A stretch of 64,000 nt of DNA from a virus. Positions 9,360 through 18,741 of this stretch are shown here, piece by piece (position 1 is the first letter of the stretch; each line of letters starts with the position of its first letter). A program made the position numbers and the translations under genes. The DNA is taken from the IMG/VR virus record IMGVR_UViG_3300044821_000127, positions 3,361 to 67,360 of that record; one strand, 5' to 3'. The notes beneath the pieces are model-generated. The model was not told the DNA's origin and searched no databases. It saw only the letters and a list, made by a program, of their open reading frames with translations.

Positions 9360-9566
9360 ATGAACCAAGATGAAGCAAACAACCTTAAAGCTGAAGTAAT
9401 GTCACTCTTAAAGGAGTCTCAAAAAGATCCTGAATTAGAAATTCCTGCAATTGAAAAACTAATAGATCTTGCGATTACGGTATCTTTGGATATTGCAGTA
9501 AGTCTTGGAACTATTGCTTGGGCAATTCAATCCATTGACGAAAGAATGCTAAGGAGTAATCGCTAA
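9360..9566 (+). CDS. hypothetical protein
   Basis: TAATG coupling to ATPase. Confidence 0.55.
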   Translation: MNQDEANNLKAEVMSLLKESQKDPELEIPAIEKLIDLAITVSLDIAVSLGTIAWAIQSIDERMLRSNR

Positions 9567-10498
9567 TGCCCAACATCCTAAAACACCCATCCGCCACCAG
9601 TACCAAACTACTATTCATCGGCGAGTCCGGGGCGGGCAAAACCGGGGCGCTTTGTTCTCTTGCCGCAGCGGGATACAAACTCCGCATTCTCGACATGGAT
9701 AACGGCGTAGAGCTAATCAAAGACTACCTTTCCAATCCAAACTCCCCCTACGTCAAGCAAAACCCCGATTGTTGGAAAAACGTTGAATACCGCATCATCA
9801 CCGATGTAACAAAATCCTCCATTGGAAAGGTAATTTGCACACAGGCAACTGCATGGCCCACCATGCTTAGAATGCTTAATGAATGGAAGTATACCTCTGA
9901 GGACGGCGAAGAAATCAACTACGGCAAACCCCACGAATGGGGTAGTGACACCATTCTTGTCATTGACTCCCTTACCTCAGCGGCTTATGCGGCCTTGAAT
10001 TACCACCTCGCACAAAACGGGGCTTTGTCGGCCGCCCGCACCCAAAATGAAGCCCGTAGGGATATTGGCGCCGCACAGGACTACATCCGAGGGCTATTGG
10101 CCATATTCAAAGATGCCACAATGTCTTGCAATCTTATCCTAACCTCCCAAATCACCCAAGTTTCCGAAAGTGGAATGGGACCGCAAAGCGATGAAGTAAA
10201 AAAAGAGGGGGAAAGTATTATGGGCTTTCCCGCCGCAATCGGTCGGGCGCTTTCTCCTCAAATCCCCCGATACTTTAATACCGTCCTCCAAGCTAAGGTT
10301 GTCGGCACCAAGCAAATCATTACCACCAAAACCCAAGGGGATATTTGCACGAAAAATACCGCCCCGTTAAGGGTAAAACCTCAGTATGATCTTGCCACTG
10401 GGTTGGCCGATTACTTTCGGGATGTGCGGGGAAATGGGCCGTCCGCCGGAGGCCCGGCAACCTCGGCAGCACCGAAAATTCCTCTTAAGGAGGATTAA
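9566..10498 (+). CDS. AAA_24/Sak4-like P-loop ATPase (recombinase)
   Basis: Walker A GESGAGKT, ILDMDNG, Walker B LVIDSLT; lies between exonuclease and SSB. Confidence 0.8.
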   Translation: MPNILKHPSATSTKLLFIGESGAGKTGALCSLAAAGYKLRILDMDNGVELIKDYLSNPNSPYVKQNPDCWKNVEYRIITDVTKSSIGKVICTQATAWPTMLRMLNEWKYTSEDGEEINYGKPHEWGSDTILVIDSLTSAAYAALNYHLAQNGALSAARTQNEARRDIGAAQDYIRGLLAIFKDATMSCNLILTSQITQVSESGMGPQSDEVKKEGESIMGFPAAIGRALSPQIPRYFNTVLQAKVVGTKQIITTKTQGDICTKNTAPLRVKPQYDLATGLADYFRDVRGNGPSAGGPATSAAPKIPLKED

Positions 10499-10500
10499 CT

Positions 10501-10743
10501 ATGTATGTCGGTCATTATTATTCTTTCGAAGAATTCAAAGAAGAAAGTTCAGAAAAAACATTGCTGGGCTATTACAAGTCAAACGTAAATTTAATGAAAG
10601 AAGAATATAAACACTTATCAATTCACGCTAATGGAATGCCCGGTGACCTCGCTAAACTTTGGGAAGCCGAAAGCATTCTGGAAATTTTAAAAAAGCGTCA
10701 TTCTTTAGGACATTTACCTACGTCCACAACCCAACCTAGCTAG
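10501..10743 (+). CDS. hypothetical protein
   Basis: AGGAGG RBS. Confidence 0.55.
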   Translation: MYVGHYYSFEEFKEESSEKTLLGYYKSNVNLMKEEYKHLSIHANGMPGDLAKLWEAESILEILKKRHSLGHLPTSTTQPS

Positions 10744-10756
10744 GAAAACAATTACC

Positions 10757-11200
10757 ATGGCAAAAGAAACAACCCTTCCTCCCGATTTCAAAGTCCTCTT
10801 GAACAAGCCCCTTGACTCCTTTGAACGCCCCCCGAGCATTCCCGCTGGAACTTATTTCGGTGTTCTCGGAGCTTACCAAGTGGGGAAATCCCGCTTCGGC
10901 ACTGATCGGGGCACCGTCATCCACATTCCCGTCATTCTTACCGGCCCAACCGAAGACGTTCCGGTCGATGAGCTTGACGAAAGCCTCCTGCCCAAAATGA
11001 AGCTTAAACAAGAATTCACCCTTGACTACAAGTTCAATGACTTCCTTGAAGCCTTGGGCCACAACACCGCCGGAAAGGGCGCGGACGAATTTCTCCACCT
11101 TCTTGAAGGTTCCGAAGTTCTTGTCACTGTTTCCCAAACTCCGGGAAAAAATGAGAAGGACAAGTTTAACAACGTACGCCGAATTGTCGGGGCGAACTAA
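10757..11200 (+). CDS. putative ssDNA-binding protein (OB fold)
   Basis: IPAGTY N-terminus and ...NNVRRI C-terminus; follows Sak4-like gene. Confidence 0.6.
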   Translation: MAKETTLPPDFKVLLNKPLDSFERPPSIPAGTYFGVLGAYQVGKSRFGTDRGTVIHIPVILTGPTEDVPVDELDESLLPKMKLKQEFTLDYKFNDFLEALGHNTAGKGADEFLHLLEGSEVLVTVSQTPGKNEKDKFNNVRRIVGAN

Positions 11201-11281
11201 GGGAAAAGTAGTTTCGGCAGGGTGATTCATCGCATCTCCTCGACCACTTGCCGGCCAGTGGGCCGAAAGACCGGCAATCTT

Positions 11282-11355
11282 TCTCCCTTAGTTTAATGGT
11301 AGAACATATGACTTTGACTCATAAAATTAAGGTTCGAATCCTTGAGGGAGAACCA
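11282..11355 (+). tRNA. tRNA-Gln(TTG)
   Basis: TCTCCCT/AGGGAGA acceptor, D arm, TATGA-CT TTG AC-TCATA anticodon arm, TAAGG TTCGAAT CCTTG T arm, encoded CCA. Confidence 0.92.
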
Positions 11356-11357
11356 AA

Positions 11358-12524
11358 ATGCATCAAGTCTCCCGACCCTTCGCCTTTTCTCGCGGCTCAA
11401 TCCCCAACAAAATCATGTTTGTTGCCGAGGCTTGGGGCACCTCCGAGAACAAAATAAAGCGCCCCCTTGTCGGGGCGAGCGGCCGAGAATTCGCCCGTAT
11501 GCTAATTGAAACGGGCTTTATTTCCACCCCCTATCCCGACAAAACCGACAAAGACGGCAACCACTCTTCCCTCACCCCCACCGAACTCGATTCCTGGTGG
11601 AACCAAACCTCCATCTTCCAAACCAACGTTCTCCCCTTTCAGCCTGATGCCAACAACCTAGTAAACATCTGTGGCACCAAGATTCAAGTCGGAGGAAAGA
11701 AGTATCTCCATCCTCCCATCCGCACCGGCGCGGCGGGGCCAAAATATCTCCTCCCTGAATACCTTCCAGAGCTTGATCGTCTTGCTGAGGAAATTAAGCA
11801 GGTTAATCCCAACATCATCATCGCCCTGGGCAATGTCGCCGCCTGGGCGCTCCTTAATCGTACCGGCATTACTTCCATTCGCGGCACCACCGCCGAATGT
11901 ACTTTGGTTGGCGGATACAAAGTCCTCCCCACCTTTCACCCCAGCAACATCCTCCGCCAATGGGAAAACCGCACAATAATGCTGGCAGATTTGATAAAAG
12001 CCAAACGTGAAAGTGAATTCTCCGAAATCCGCCGCCCGGAGCGGGAAATACTTGTAGATCCCACCATTACCGAAATCTACAACTACATTCAATTTATGAA
12101 TTTTACCCAGACCCAACTTCTCTCCATCGACATTGAAACCAAAAACAAAACCATCACCATGATCTCCTTCTCCTACTCTCCTAAATTCTCCCTCGTAATT
12201 CCTTTCCACGCCCCCCACAAAAAGGATGGCAATTATTGGGAAAGTGCCGAGGATGAAGTAACGGCGTGGGAAATGGTTGGAACCCTTCTTCATTGTGATA
12301 TTCCCAAGCTCTTCCAGAACGGTTTGTATGATATTACTTATTTATTCCGCGCAGGCTTTCGCCCGAAGAATTGTCACCAAGACACCATGCTTCTCCATCA
12401 TGCCATGCTTCCCGAAATGCAGAAGGGGCTTGGCTTTCTCGGTTCATTGTATACCTACGAAAGTAGTTGGAAACTCATGCGTCGTGTTCGAGCAAAAGAA
12501 CAATCGAATAAGAGTGATGAATAA
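11358..12524 (+). CDS. uracil-DNA glycosylase (family 4-like) fused to 3'-5' exonuclease N-half of PolA
   Basis: FVAEAWG..E..PLVGASG, TNV, IALGNVA, PTFHPS (UDG); IDIET (ExoI), FQNGLYD (ExoII), DTMLLHH. Confidence 0.85.
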   Translation: MHQVSRPFAFSRGSIPNKIMFVAEAWGTSENKIKRPLVGASGREFARMLIETGFISTPYPDKTDKDGNHSSLTPTELDSWWNQTSIFQTNVLPFQPDANNLVNICGTKIQVGGKKYLHPPIRTGAAGPKYLLPEYLPELDRLAEEIKQVNPNIIIALGNVAAWALLNRTGITSIRGTTAECTLVGGYKVLPTFHPSNILRQWENRTIMLADLIKAKRESEFSEIRRPEREILVDPTITEIYNYIQFMNFTQTQLLSIDIETKNKTITMISFSYSPKFSLVIPFHAPHKKDGNYWESAEDEVTAWEMVGTLLHCDIPKLFQNGLYDITYLFRAGFRPKNCHQDTMLLHHAMLPEMQKGLGFLGSLYTYESSWKLMRRVRAKEQSNKSDE

Positions 12525-12841
12525 TGAAAAACTCTTCCGAAAAACAATCTGGCCGTACGACAAAACAAATATTAAAAGCAAAACAGGGAGCAATATACTT
12601 AATTCCTTTTCATCATCACTTATCCTACTTCAAATCACTTGCACATGCACTTGATAGAAATGACTTAACAATAAAACCATTTATAATTCTTGATGGCTTT
12701 GCTGATTTTTTTCGCGGTAGAAAATTCACAGAAATTGTTGTTGATCATTCCTGTTGGGAGCTTCTCGGAACTCATTCAAAATATCAACTTTGTTTCAACA
12801 ATTTGCAACAAATAATCAAATATATGAAAATGGACGAATAA
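12524..12841 (+). CDS. hypothetical protein
   Basis: QSGRTT..IVVDH, degenerate P-loop-like; TAATG coupling. Confidence 0.55.
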   Translation: MKNSSEKQSGRTTKQILKAKQGAIYLIPFHHHLSYFKSLAHALDRNDLTIKPFIILDGFADFFRGRKFTEIVVDHSCWELLGTHSKYQLCFNNLQQIIKYMKMDE

Positions 12842-12842
12842 A

Positions 12843-13043
12843 ATGCCAAACATAACCGACCTCCTTGACGATACCATTTTCTATCGCCAATCCAACGAAG
12901 ATCTCATAAAAACCGCTTACAAATTTTCCGCCGCCCAGCGTGACCTTGCGAGTAATTGCAAAGAAGATAGTGAATTTTGGCACCACGTAGCCCTAGCCGA
13001 TCTTCTTTCCGCCCTCGCCCGCCGTCTTGCAGAAGAAAAATGA
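12843..13043 (+). CDS. hypothetical protein
   Basis: Packed ORF. Confidence 0.55.
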   Translation: MPNITDLLDDTIFYRQSNEDLIKTAYKFSAAQRDLASNCKEDSEFWHHVALADLLSALARRLAEEK

Positions 13044-13399
13044 ACCTCCGTGACCCCGCTCGCCCTAAAAATACCATCGGCATTCCCCTTCTACTAAACG
13101 GCGCTTGTACCGTACCGCCCATTCATTTAGTTTGCCGTGAAGCGGGGGGTTGGCACATTTGCATCGATGTCCCTATCGCCTTTAACCAATTTGCCCAGCG
13201 TTTCAAAGTAGTTGAATCAACCGGGGAATTACAGGAATTCCTGACCAAATATGTGAACGACCCGGAGAATGAGTTAATAAGCCATTGGAACATGCCGAGG
13301 GAATTAAAAGAAGTAGAACTTGTCGCCCCGAAAAAAACTAAAAGGCTGTATAAGCAATTGGATAAGGAGGCCGAGGCCCCGAAGGATTTGGATTTTTAA
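13040..13399 (+). CDS. hypothetical protein ending APKDLDF
   Basis: ATGA overlap; start refined. Confidence 0.65.
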   Translation: MNLRDPARPKNTIGIPLLLNGACTVPPIHLVCREAGGWHICIDVPIAFNQFAQRFKVVESTGELQEFLTKYVNDPENELISHWNMPRELKEVELVAPKKTKRLYKQLDKEAEAPKDLDF

Positions 13400-13410
13400 G
13401 GAGAACCAAA

Positions 13411-13578
13411 ATGACAATGACCGCCATTCACCCCAGCCGTATCCTGGACCTAGAAGACGAAGGATATTCCTTTGATGAGGCGCTTGCAATCGCTGAGGAT
13501 GAACTAAATGAATATGCAGATTTGAAGATTAAGCAAAGGAAAGAGGATAAGATTTGCGGATGGGAGGGGGAGGAATGA
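13411..13578 (+). CDS. small acidic hypothetical protein
   Basis: Translated by hand (MTMTAIHPSRILDLEDEG...); AAGGAG RBS. Confidence 0.5.
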   Translation: MTMTAIHPSRILDLEDEGYSFDEALAIAEDELNEYADLKIKQRKEDKICGWEGEE

Positions 13579-13805
13579 AAAAAAAAAACCTCGCTGTCCA
13601 AAGCTCACTCTCGTCCAAAAGAAAGAAGTGTGGTCCTCCAGCAAAGAAAATGCTGGGGCGGGCCGGGAAACAAAGGGCAACACAACTACGGGGAGGTGGT
13701 CGGACGATCAATCTTACGTCTCAAATCCTCCCCGCCGCTTTATCCCCAATCGTGAAAGAGATAGTGAACCGTTGTTAACTGAGATTTTTAAAAAGGAGAA
13801 ATAAG

Positions 13806-13973
13806 ATGGAACAAGACGATATGAAAAAACTTACAGAACTTTTGTTCGAGGCAATAAATGAAGTAAGGAATGATAAAGAAATTAGCAGCAATATCAAAGC
13901 TCATGCAATCCACCCATTGGCTAACATAATTCTTGAGATTGATATTCATCTTACCAAAAAGAATCTTATCTAA
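13806..13973 (+). CDS. small hypothetical protein
   Basis: Translated by hand (MEQDDMKKL...); AAGGAG RBS; TAATG coupled to polymerase. Confidence 0.5.
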   Translation: MEQDDMKKLTELLFEAINEVRNDKEISSNIKAHAIHPLANIILEIDIHLTKKNLI

Positions 13974-15508
13974 TGCCCCTGATCCAAACCGCCCTCCTAA
14001 CCCCAGCCTACAACAACCCCGATGTACATCAAATATACAATGGGTTGGACAGCGCACTCACGCTCGAAATTTTCAATAGTATAGCACCCGCCAACCAAGA
14101 AAATCCCATCTATGCCTTTGAGCGCGCGCTTCAAGCCCCCGCTCTTGACATGATGCTACGTGGCATCAAAGTAGATCGCGCCGCCGCCATCGGCGGAATC
14201 CAAACCATCAACGCAAAGATCCGCACCCTCGATTCCTTCCTTCAATCCTGTGCCGAAGTAATCTGGTCCAAGCGCTTCAAAACCAAAGAGGGGGATATTG
14301 TTGCCCTAAACCACGCATCCCACGCACAGCTAAAAGACTTCCTATACAATGCCTTCCACCTCCCTGAGCAATTTAAGATAGAAAAGGGGGTGCGGAAGCT
14401 TTCCGTTGACCGCGAATGTTTGGAGAAACTCGATGACTACGCTTACGCCCGACCTATTCTCAACTCAATCCTACAGATTAGAGACTTGGTCAAGCAACGA
14501 GAAGTTTTCCAAACTGACATTGACAACGACGGACGAATTCGGACATCTTTTAACATTGCAGGTACAACTACCGGAAGATGGAGTAGTAGTTCCTCCAGTG
14601 AAGACACCGGACGAAATCTCCAAAATATTGATGAAGACCTTAGACATATTTTCATCGCCGACAAAGGATGGAAACTCTGCGGAATAGATCTTGAACAGGC
14701 AGAGTCTCGCGAGGTTGGCTGGCTTCAAGGCGTTCTGTTCGACCGCTGGGAATATCTTGATGTATGTTATAACCAAGACCTTCACAGTTATGTTACCAAA
14801 CTCGCCTGGCCACATCTGCCCTGGGTTGGTGATAAAAAGAAAGATAGAGAAGTTGCCGAAACAGTTTTCTATCGTGGACTGCCCTATCGTTTCTACTCAA
14901 AAAAACTTGGGCATGGATCAAATTACGTTGGTAAGCCTCCAACACTAGCTAAGCATTCGAAGTTGCCGATTGCTGCCTGCGAAGCTTTTCAAGAGGCATA
15001 TTTCTTTGGCTTTCCGGGCTTCCCTCTTTGGCATGAATGGGTGCATGAACAACTCATGACAACCCAATCCCTGACCACCATATGGGGCAGAACGAGACAT
15101 TTTTTCGGGCGCCCAGACGACGATAGCACCCTCCGTGAAGCCGTTGCCTATTCCCCTCAATCATCCACCGCCGATCGAATGAACCTTGCCCTTTGGCGTA
15201 TCTGGCGCTACATGCCGGAAGTCAAAATCCTAATGCAAGTACACGATGCAATTTACTTTCTCATGCCAGATAATGGAATAGAAGAGGAAAAGCGCATTAT
15301 CTCCAAAGCTCTATCCTTAGTTGATATCCGTCTACAGCACATTGATGGTTCCGGTAAACTTCGCGAACTCATAGTGCCAGGAGAAGCAAAGACAGGTTAC
15401 AACTGGGGGAACTACGCAACAGAAGAAGATGTAAGAAAGGGAAAGGCAAGTAAAGTTAACTTAAACGGGCTTAAGAAATTTGATATGAACCTGCTCAAAG
15501 CTGCATAA
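13973..15508 (+). CDS. polA: DNA polymerase family A, polymerase half (begins with ExoIII motif)
   Basis: YNGLD (ExoIII), TTTGRWSS, NLQNI, DLEQAESR (motif A), RFYSKKLGHGSNY (motif B), QVHDAI (motif C). Confidence 0.92.
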   Translation: MPLIQTALLTPAYNNPDVHQIYNGLDSALTLEIFNSIAPANQENPIYAFERALQAPALDMMLRGIKVDRAAAIGGIQTINAKIRTLDSFLQSCAEVIWSKRFKTKEGDIVALNHASHAQLKDFLYNAFHLPEQFKIEKGVRKLSVDRECLEKLDDYAYARPILNSILQIRDLVKQREVFQTDIDNDGRIRTSFNIAGTTTGRWSSSSSSEDTGRNLQNIDEDLRHIFIADKGWKLCGIDLEQAESREVGWLQGVLFDRWEYLDVCYNQDLHSYVTKLAWPHLPWVGDKKKDREVAETVFYRGLPYRFYSKKLGHGSNYVGKPPTLAKHSKLPIAACEAFQEAYFFGFPGFPLWHEWVHEQLMTTQSLTTIWGRTRHFFGRPDDDSTLREAVAYSPQSSTADRMNLALWRIWRYMPEVKILMQVHDAIYFLMPDNGIEEEKRIISKALSLVDIRLQHIDGSGKLRELIVPGEAKTGYNWGNYATEEDVRKGKASKVNLNGLKKFDMNLLKAA

Positions 15509-15629
15509 TTATTAAACAAAGCTAACCTTATAATTTAATACCGTAAAATAACAAGTCCTAATCATACAATAAATAAAATTTAGAAGAGTTTACTCTTCAT
15601 CTCGTTAATATTTTGGTTAGGAATTTATT

Positions 15630-16913
15630 TTGTGGGCTAAGGATTTAGTTGAAAGATTTATCACCTATACTGGCGGGCAGAAGTCCCCTGAAATCTTCCG
15701 ACAATGGACGATGATTTCAATGATAGCTGGGTGTTTGGAACGGCGTGTTTGGAGCGAAAGCCTGGAAGAGAAGCCGGCATATCCAAATCTTTACATACTT
15801 TTAGTGGGGCGCCCCGGACGCGGCAAGGAAGTAATTCAGCTAGGGGAGAATATGATGAGGGAGTTGACGGGGGGCGGATATAGTGCAGCGTATGGAAGCG
15901 GGGCGCACAGTAAGGTACAAATCGGCTCACACGATATCACCTCCGCTTCCCTCATCGATGAAGTAAACGGCTGCCAAATCTCCCGCCACATGCCAAATGG
16001 AAAGATTGAGCAATATGCATACCTATCCGCCTTTGCTGAAGAACTCGGCGTCTTCCTTAAGTCCTATGATAATACATTCATTACTACGCTTACAAAACTT
16101 TGGAATAATGTTCCCAGCTATCAACAAACAAGACGTACAGGGGGCCTATCTATCGACATTAAAAACCCGAGCTTTAATTTACTTATTGGCGGAACTCCCG
16201 GCGCGCTAGGAGATGTTCTTCCCGAAGTAGCCTGGTCCATGGGCTTTATGGGTCGGATGCTAATGGTATATTCCGATCAGGAAATAAAGGTCAAATACTT
16301 TACCTCCACCACCCAACAGGAAAAAGATCGCCGCAAGGCCATGAGAAAAGATATTCTGGATGATATGTTTCAGCTTACCGCCTTGCGAGGCAGATTTATT
16401 TGGGATGATGAGGCGATTCGGGCGCTGCAACTTTGGGATGATAATGGCTGCCAACCTCGTCCCAAGCACAGTAAGCTAGAAGACTACTGCTCCCGCCGCA
16501 CCTTCTTCATCATAAAGCTCACCATGATCGCGGCCATTTCCGCGCGGGGCGAGCTTCACATAAAGGTGGAAGACTTCCTTCGCGCCAAGGATTGGATCTT
16601 AGAAATAGAAGAAGTAATGCCGGATGTATTCCGGGCGATGGTTGGGAGGAGCGACAAGGATCTTATTGAAGAAGCTCATTCCTTCGCTTGGCAAATGTAC
16701 GCCAAACAGGGCAATAAGCCCATGCCAATTTCCCTTTTGGTTAAATTCCTTTCCTCGCGCGCCCCAAATGATAAAGTAAAAGGGTTGATTGAGACCATGG
16801 CGACGGGGGATTTTATCACCCTTTATTTGGAAGATGATGAGGGAAATCCGGGGAAGAAGGTGCCGTATCAGTTTGTGCCATTACCCGCGACAGGCTTTTT
16901 TGGGATTGAATAA
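15630..16913 (+). CDS. DUF3987-like AAA+/MCM-type putative replicative helicase
   Basis: PNLYILLVGRPGRGK Walker A, AEELGVFL Walker B, GGTP, GFMGR. Confidence 0.7.
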   Translation: MWAKDLVERFITYTGGQKSPEIFRQWTMISMIAGCLERRVWSESLEEKPAYPNLYILLVGRPGRGKEVIQLGENMMRELTGGGYSAAYGSGAHSKVQIGSHDITSASLIDEVNGCQISRHMPNGKIEQYAYLSAFAEELGVFLKSYDNTFITTLTKLWNNVPSYQQTRRTGGLSIDIKNPSFNLLIGGTPGALGDVLPEVAWSMGFMGRMLMVYSDQEIKVKYFTSTTQQEKDRRKAMRKDILDDMFQLTALRGRFIWDDEAIRALQLWDDNGCQPRPKHSKLEDYCSRRTFFIIKLTMIAAISARGELHIKVEDFLRAKDWILEIEEVMPDVFRAMVGRSDKDLIEEAHSFAWQMYAKQGNKPMPISLLVKFLSSRAPNDKVKGLIETMATGDFITLYLEDDEGNPGKKVPYQFVPLPATGFFGIE

Positions 16914-17067
16914 TCATGACACAAGAAGAATTGAATGAATTTGAAAAGGCCAAGGTAGAAATTGATTATATGATTTACGGTACTGGAGCATATCTGGCTA
17001 AAGATAATGGAAAGATAATTCATGTTCCATTTCATGAATTAGTCCTTTTAATTAAGGAATATAAAAA

Positions 17068-17361
17068 ATGAAAGCAATTCTAATCGGCGGACCTTGCGAT
17101 CATGAGGTTAGAAACATTCCCTATTCATGTAATTACATTTCCATTCCCGCTCGAGGATCACTAAATGTAGCGGACCCATTTCCTAAAATTGAAAATGGAT
17201 TGCCACCAATTCTAGCAACAGTAATTAATCATCAATATATAAAAGACTGTATTTGTTTCGAAAATGATAAGCTATATTTCTACCGCCATGAATCCCTATC
17301 TTCTCTAGAAGCCCTCATGGCTATGTTGAATTATTACGTTAAATCTATGCGGTCGTTATAA
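17068..17361 (+). CDS. hypothetical protein
   Basis: LIGGP.D N-terminal motif common in phage proteins. Confidence 0.6.
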   Translation: MKAILIGGPCDHEVRNIPYSCNYISIPARGSLNVADPFPKIENGLPPILATVINHQYIKDCICFENDKLYFYRHESLSSLEALMAMLNYYVKSMRSL

Positions 17362-17373
17362 GGAGAAGAGAAA

Positions 17374-17613
17374 ATGCCCTATTCCGATTCCTCCGACAAG
17401 TCCTTTCGTTCCAAAGTCACCGCCTCCGACCCAACCTACAAAGAAAAGGTTGCCGAGCCCACCATGGCCGCAATCGACTCAATGCTAAAGGAATGGCGCC
17501 TTCTCGTTCATGAATTCGACTACATCCCAATTTACTTAGCTTGGAAGCGGGGATGGACGACCACTCAGGTAAGAGAAAAAGCTTCCCAAAATCATGGAGT
17601 GTTTACAATATGA
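17374..17613 (+). CDS. hypothetical protein
   Basis: AAGGAG RBS. Confidence 0.6.
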   Translation: MPYSDSSDKSFRSKVTASDPTYKEKVAEPTMAAIDSMLKEWRLLVHEFDYIPIYLAWKRGWTTTQVREKASQNHGVFTI

Positions 17614-18077
17614 GCAAGTTACTTTCCACTGCCCTATTTTTCCTAGGTAGATTTACCATCTACCAAGTAATGGCCACATGCCAATTACCTAGGCGAGCAT
17701 TAATCACACTAAAATCACAAACAAAATTTGGAAGAAATTCACTTACCTTGACTAAGGCAGATAAGGAAATGCTGCGACTGTTTAAAGATGATATGATATT
17801 AGTTGAATCTTATTGGTTGGGAAGGGATCACAGAGTGTGTCCACAGTTTGTTACCTTAGATACCGCACCGAATCATTGTCTAACTCCCATAAATTTTCCA
17901 GCTAAAATAATCTACAATATCTGGATAAAACAATCAGGAAAAGGTAATAAGTTAACAATAAATAAACATTCACAATGCACTTCTAAAGCACTAGCCAAAA
18001 CATTTGTTCACAATGCAAAAAGGTGCAAAGCATTTTATGTTCACAAATCATCAACTAAGTCGGAGAATTCAAAATGA
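17610..18077 (+). CDS. hypothetical protein
   Basis: ATGA overlap; start refined. Confidence 0.5.
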   Translation: MSKLLSTALFFLGRFTIYQVMATCQLPRRALITLKSQTKFGRNSLTLTKADKEMLRLFKDDMILVESYWLGRDHRVCPQFVTLDTAPNHCLTPINFPAKIIYNIWIKQSGKGNKLTINKHSQCTSKALAKTFVHNAKRCKAFYVHKSSTKSENSK

Positions 18078-18215
18078 TGATAGCCACCACAATCTTTACC
18101 ATGAGAAGTGTTTCGAAATCTTTCTCATCCTTTACATGTTCCTCGGGGGCGCCTTTTCCACATTTCAATTACTTTCCCTTATCAAACTTTTAATAAAAAT
18201 AAGCGGAGTAGCCCC

Positions 18216-18509
18216 ATGACCGCCCACCTCTCCCTTAATCCAACCGCTCGCATAATAAAAGTAAACACAACCTATCGAGTTATTCGCCATCAACCAAAAG
18301 CAATTCTATGGCTCTTAATGTGCCACAAATTTGTTTCCCGAGAACTAATAACCGCCGTTCTTTGGCCGCAAAATTGTCATCTCCCTGATCATTTTCTTAC
18401 CGAAATAAAAGTGCAGATATTTCGTCTAAGAAATAATCTTGCCGGATCGGGTTGGAAGATAATTAACGAACGGCGGTTAGGATATTCTCTTATTAAAGAG
18501 GGAGAATGA
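18216..18509 (+). CDS. OmpR/PhoB-type winged-helix DNA-binding protein (no receiver domain)
   Basis: VSRELITAVLW...IKVQIFRLRNNL..WKIINERRLGYSL. Confidence 0.7.
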   Translation: MTAHLSLNPTARIIKVNTTYRVIRHQPKAILWLLMCHKFVSRELITAVLWPQNCHLPDHFLTEIKVQIFRLRNNLAGSGWKIINERRLGYSLIKEGE

Positions 18510-18510
18510 A

Positions 18511-18741
18511 ATGGATAAAGAAGATCCATTAGTTGCCGTGATGAGCAACTTGCCAGAACTACTTAAAATTGTGGAAAAAACCGAAACGGATGTTCTCAAG
18601 ACCTTCTTATTTTCCTTGGAGCATCCATCAATTTACTGTCATTGCCAAGCGGTGGAGCAGATGTATCGGGCGGGACAAGTGGTTAGGAAGGAATTAGACA
18701 AAAGAAAATCAGAGTCCCTGCCGCCTCATTCCACCTCATAA
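18511..18741 (+). CDS. hypothetical protein
   Basis: Last + strand gene before the convergence point. Confidence 0.55.
   Translation: MDKEDPLVAVMSNLPELLKIVEKTETDVLKTFLFSLEHPSIYCHCQAVEQMYRAGQVVRKELDKRKSESLPPHSTS

Noticed and set aside
11201-11280. Hammerhead ribozyme upstream of tRNA-Gln
   Set aside because: A TTGCCGG/CCGGCAA stem with GAAA is present, but there is no CTGANGA core.
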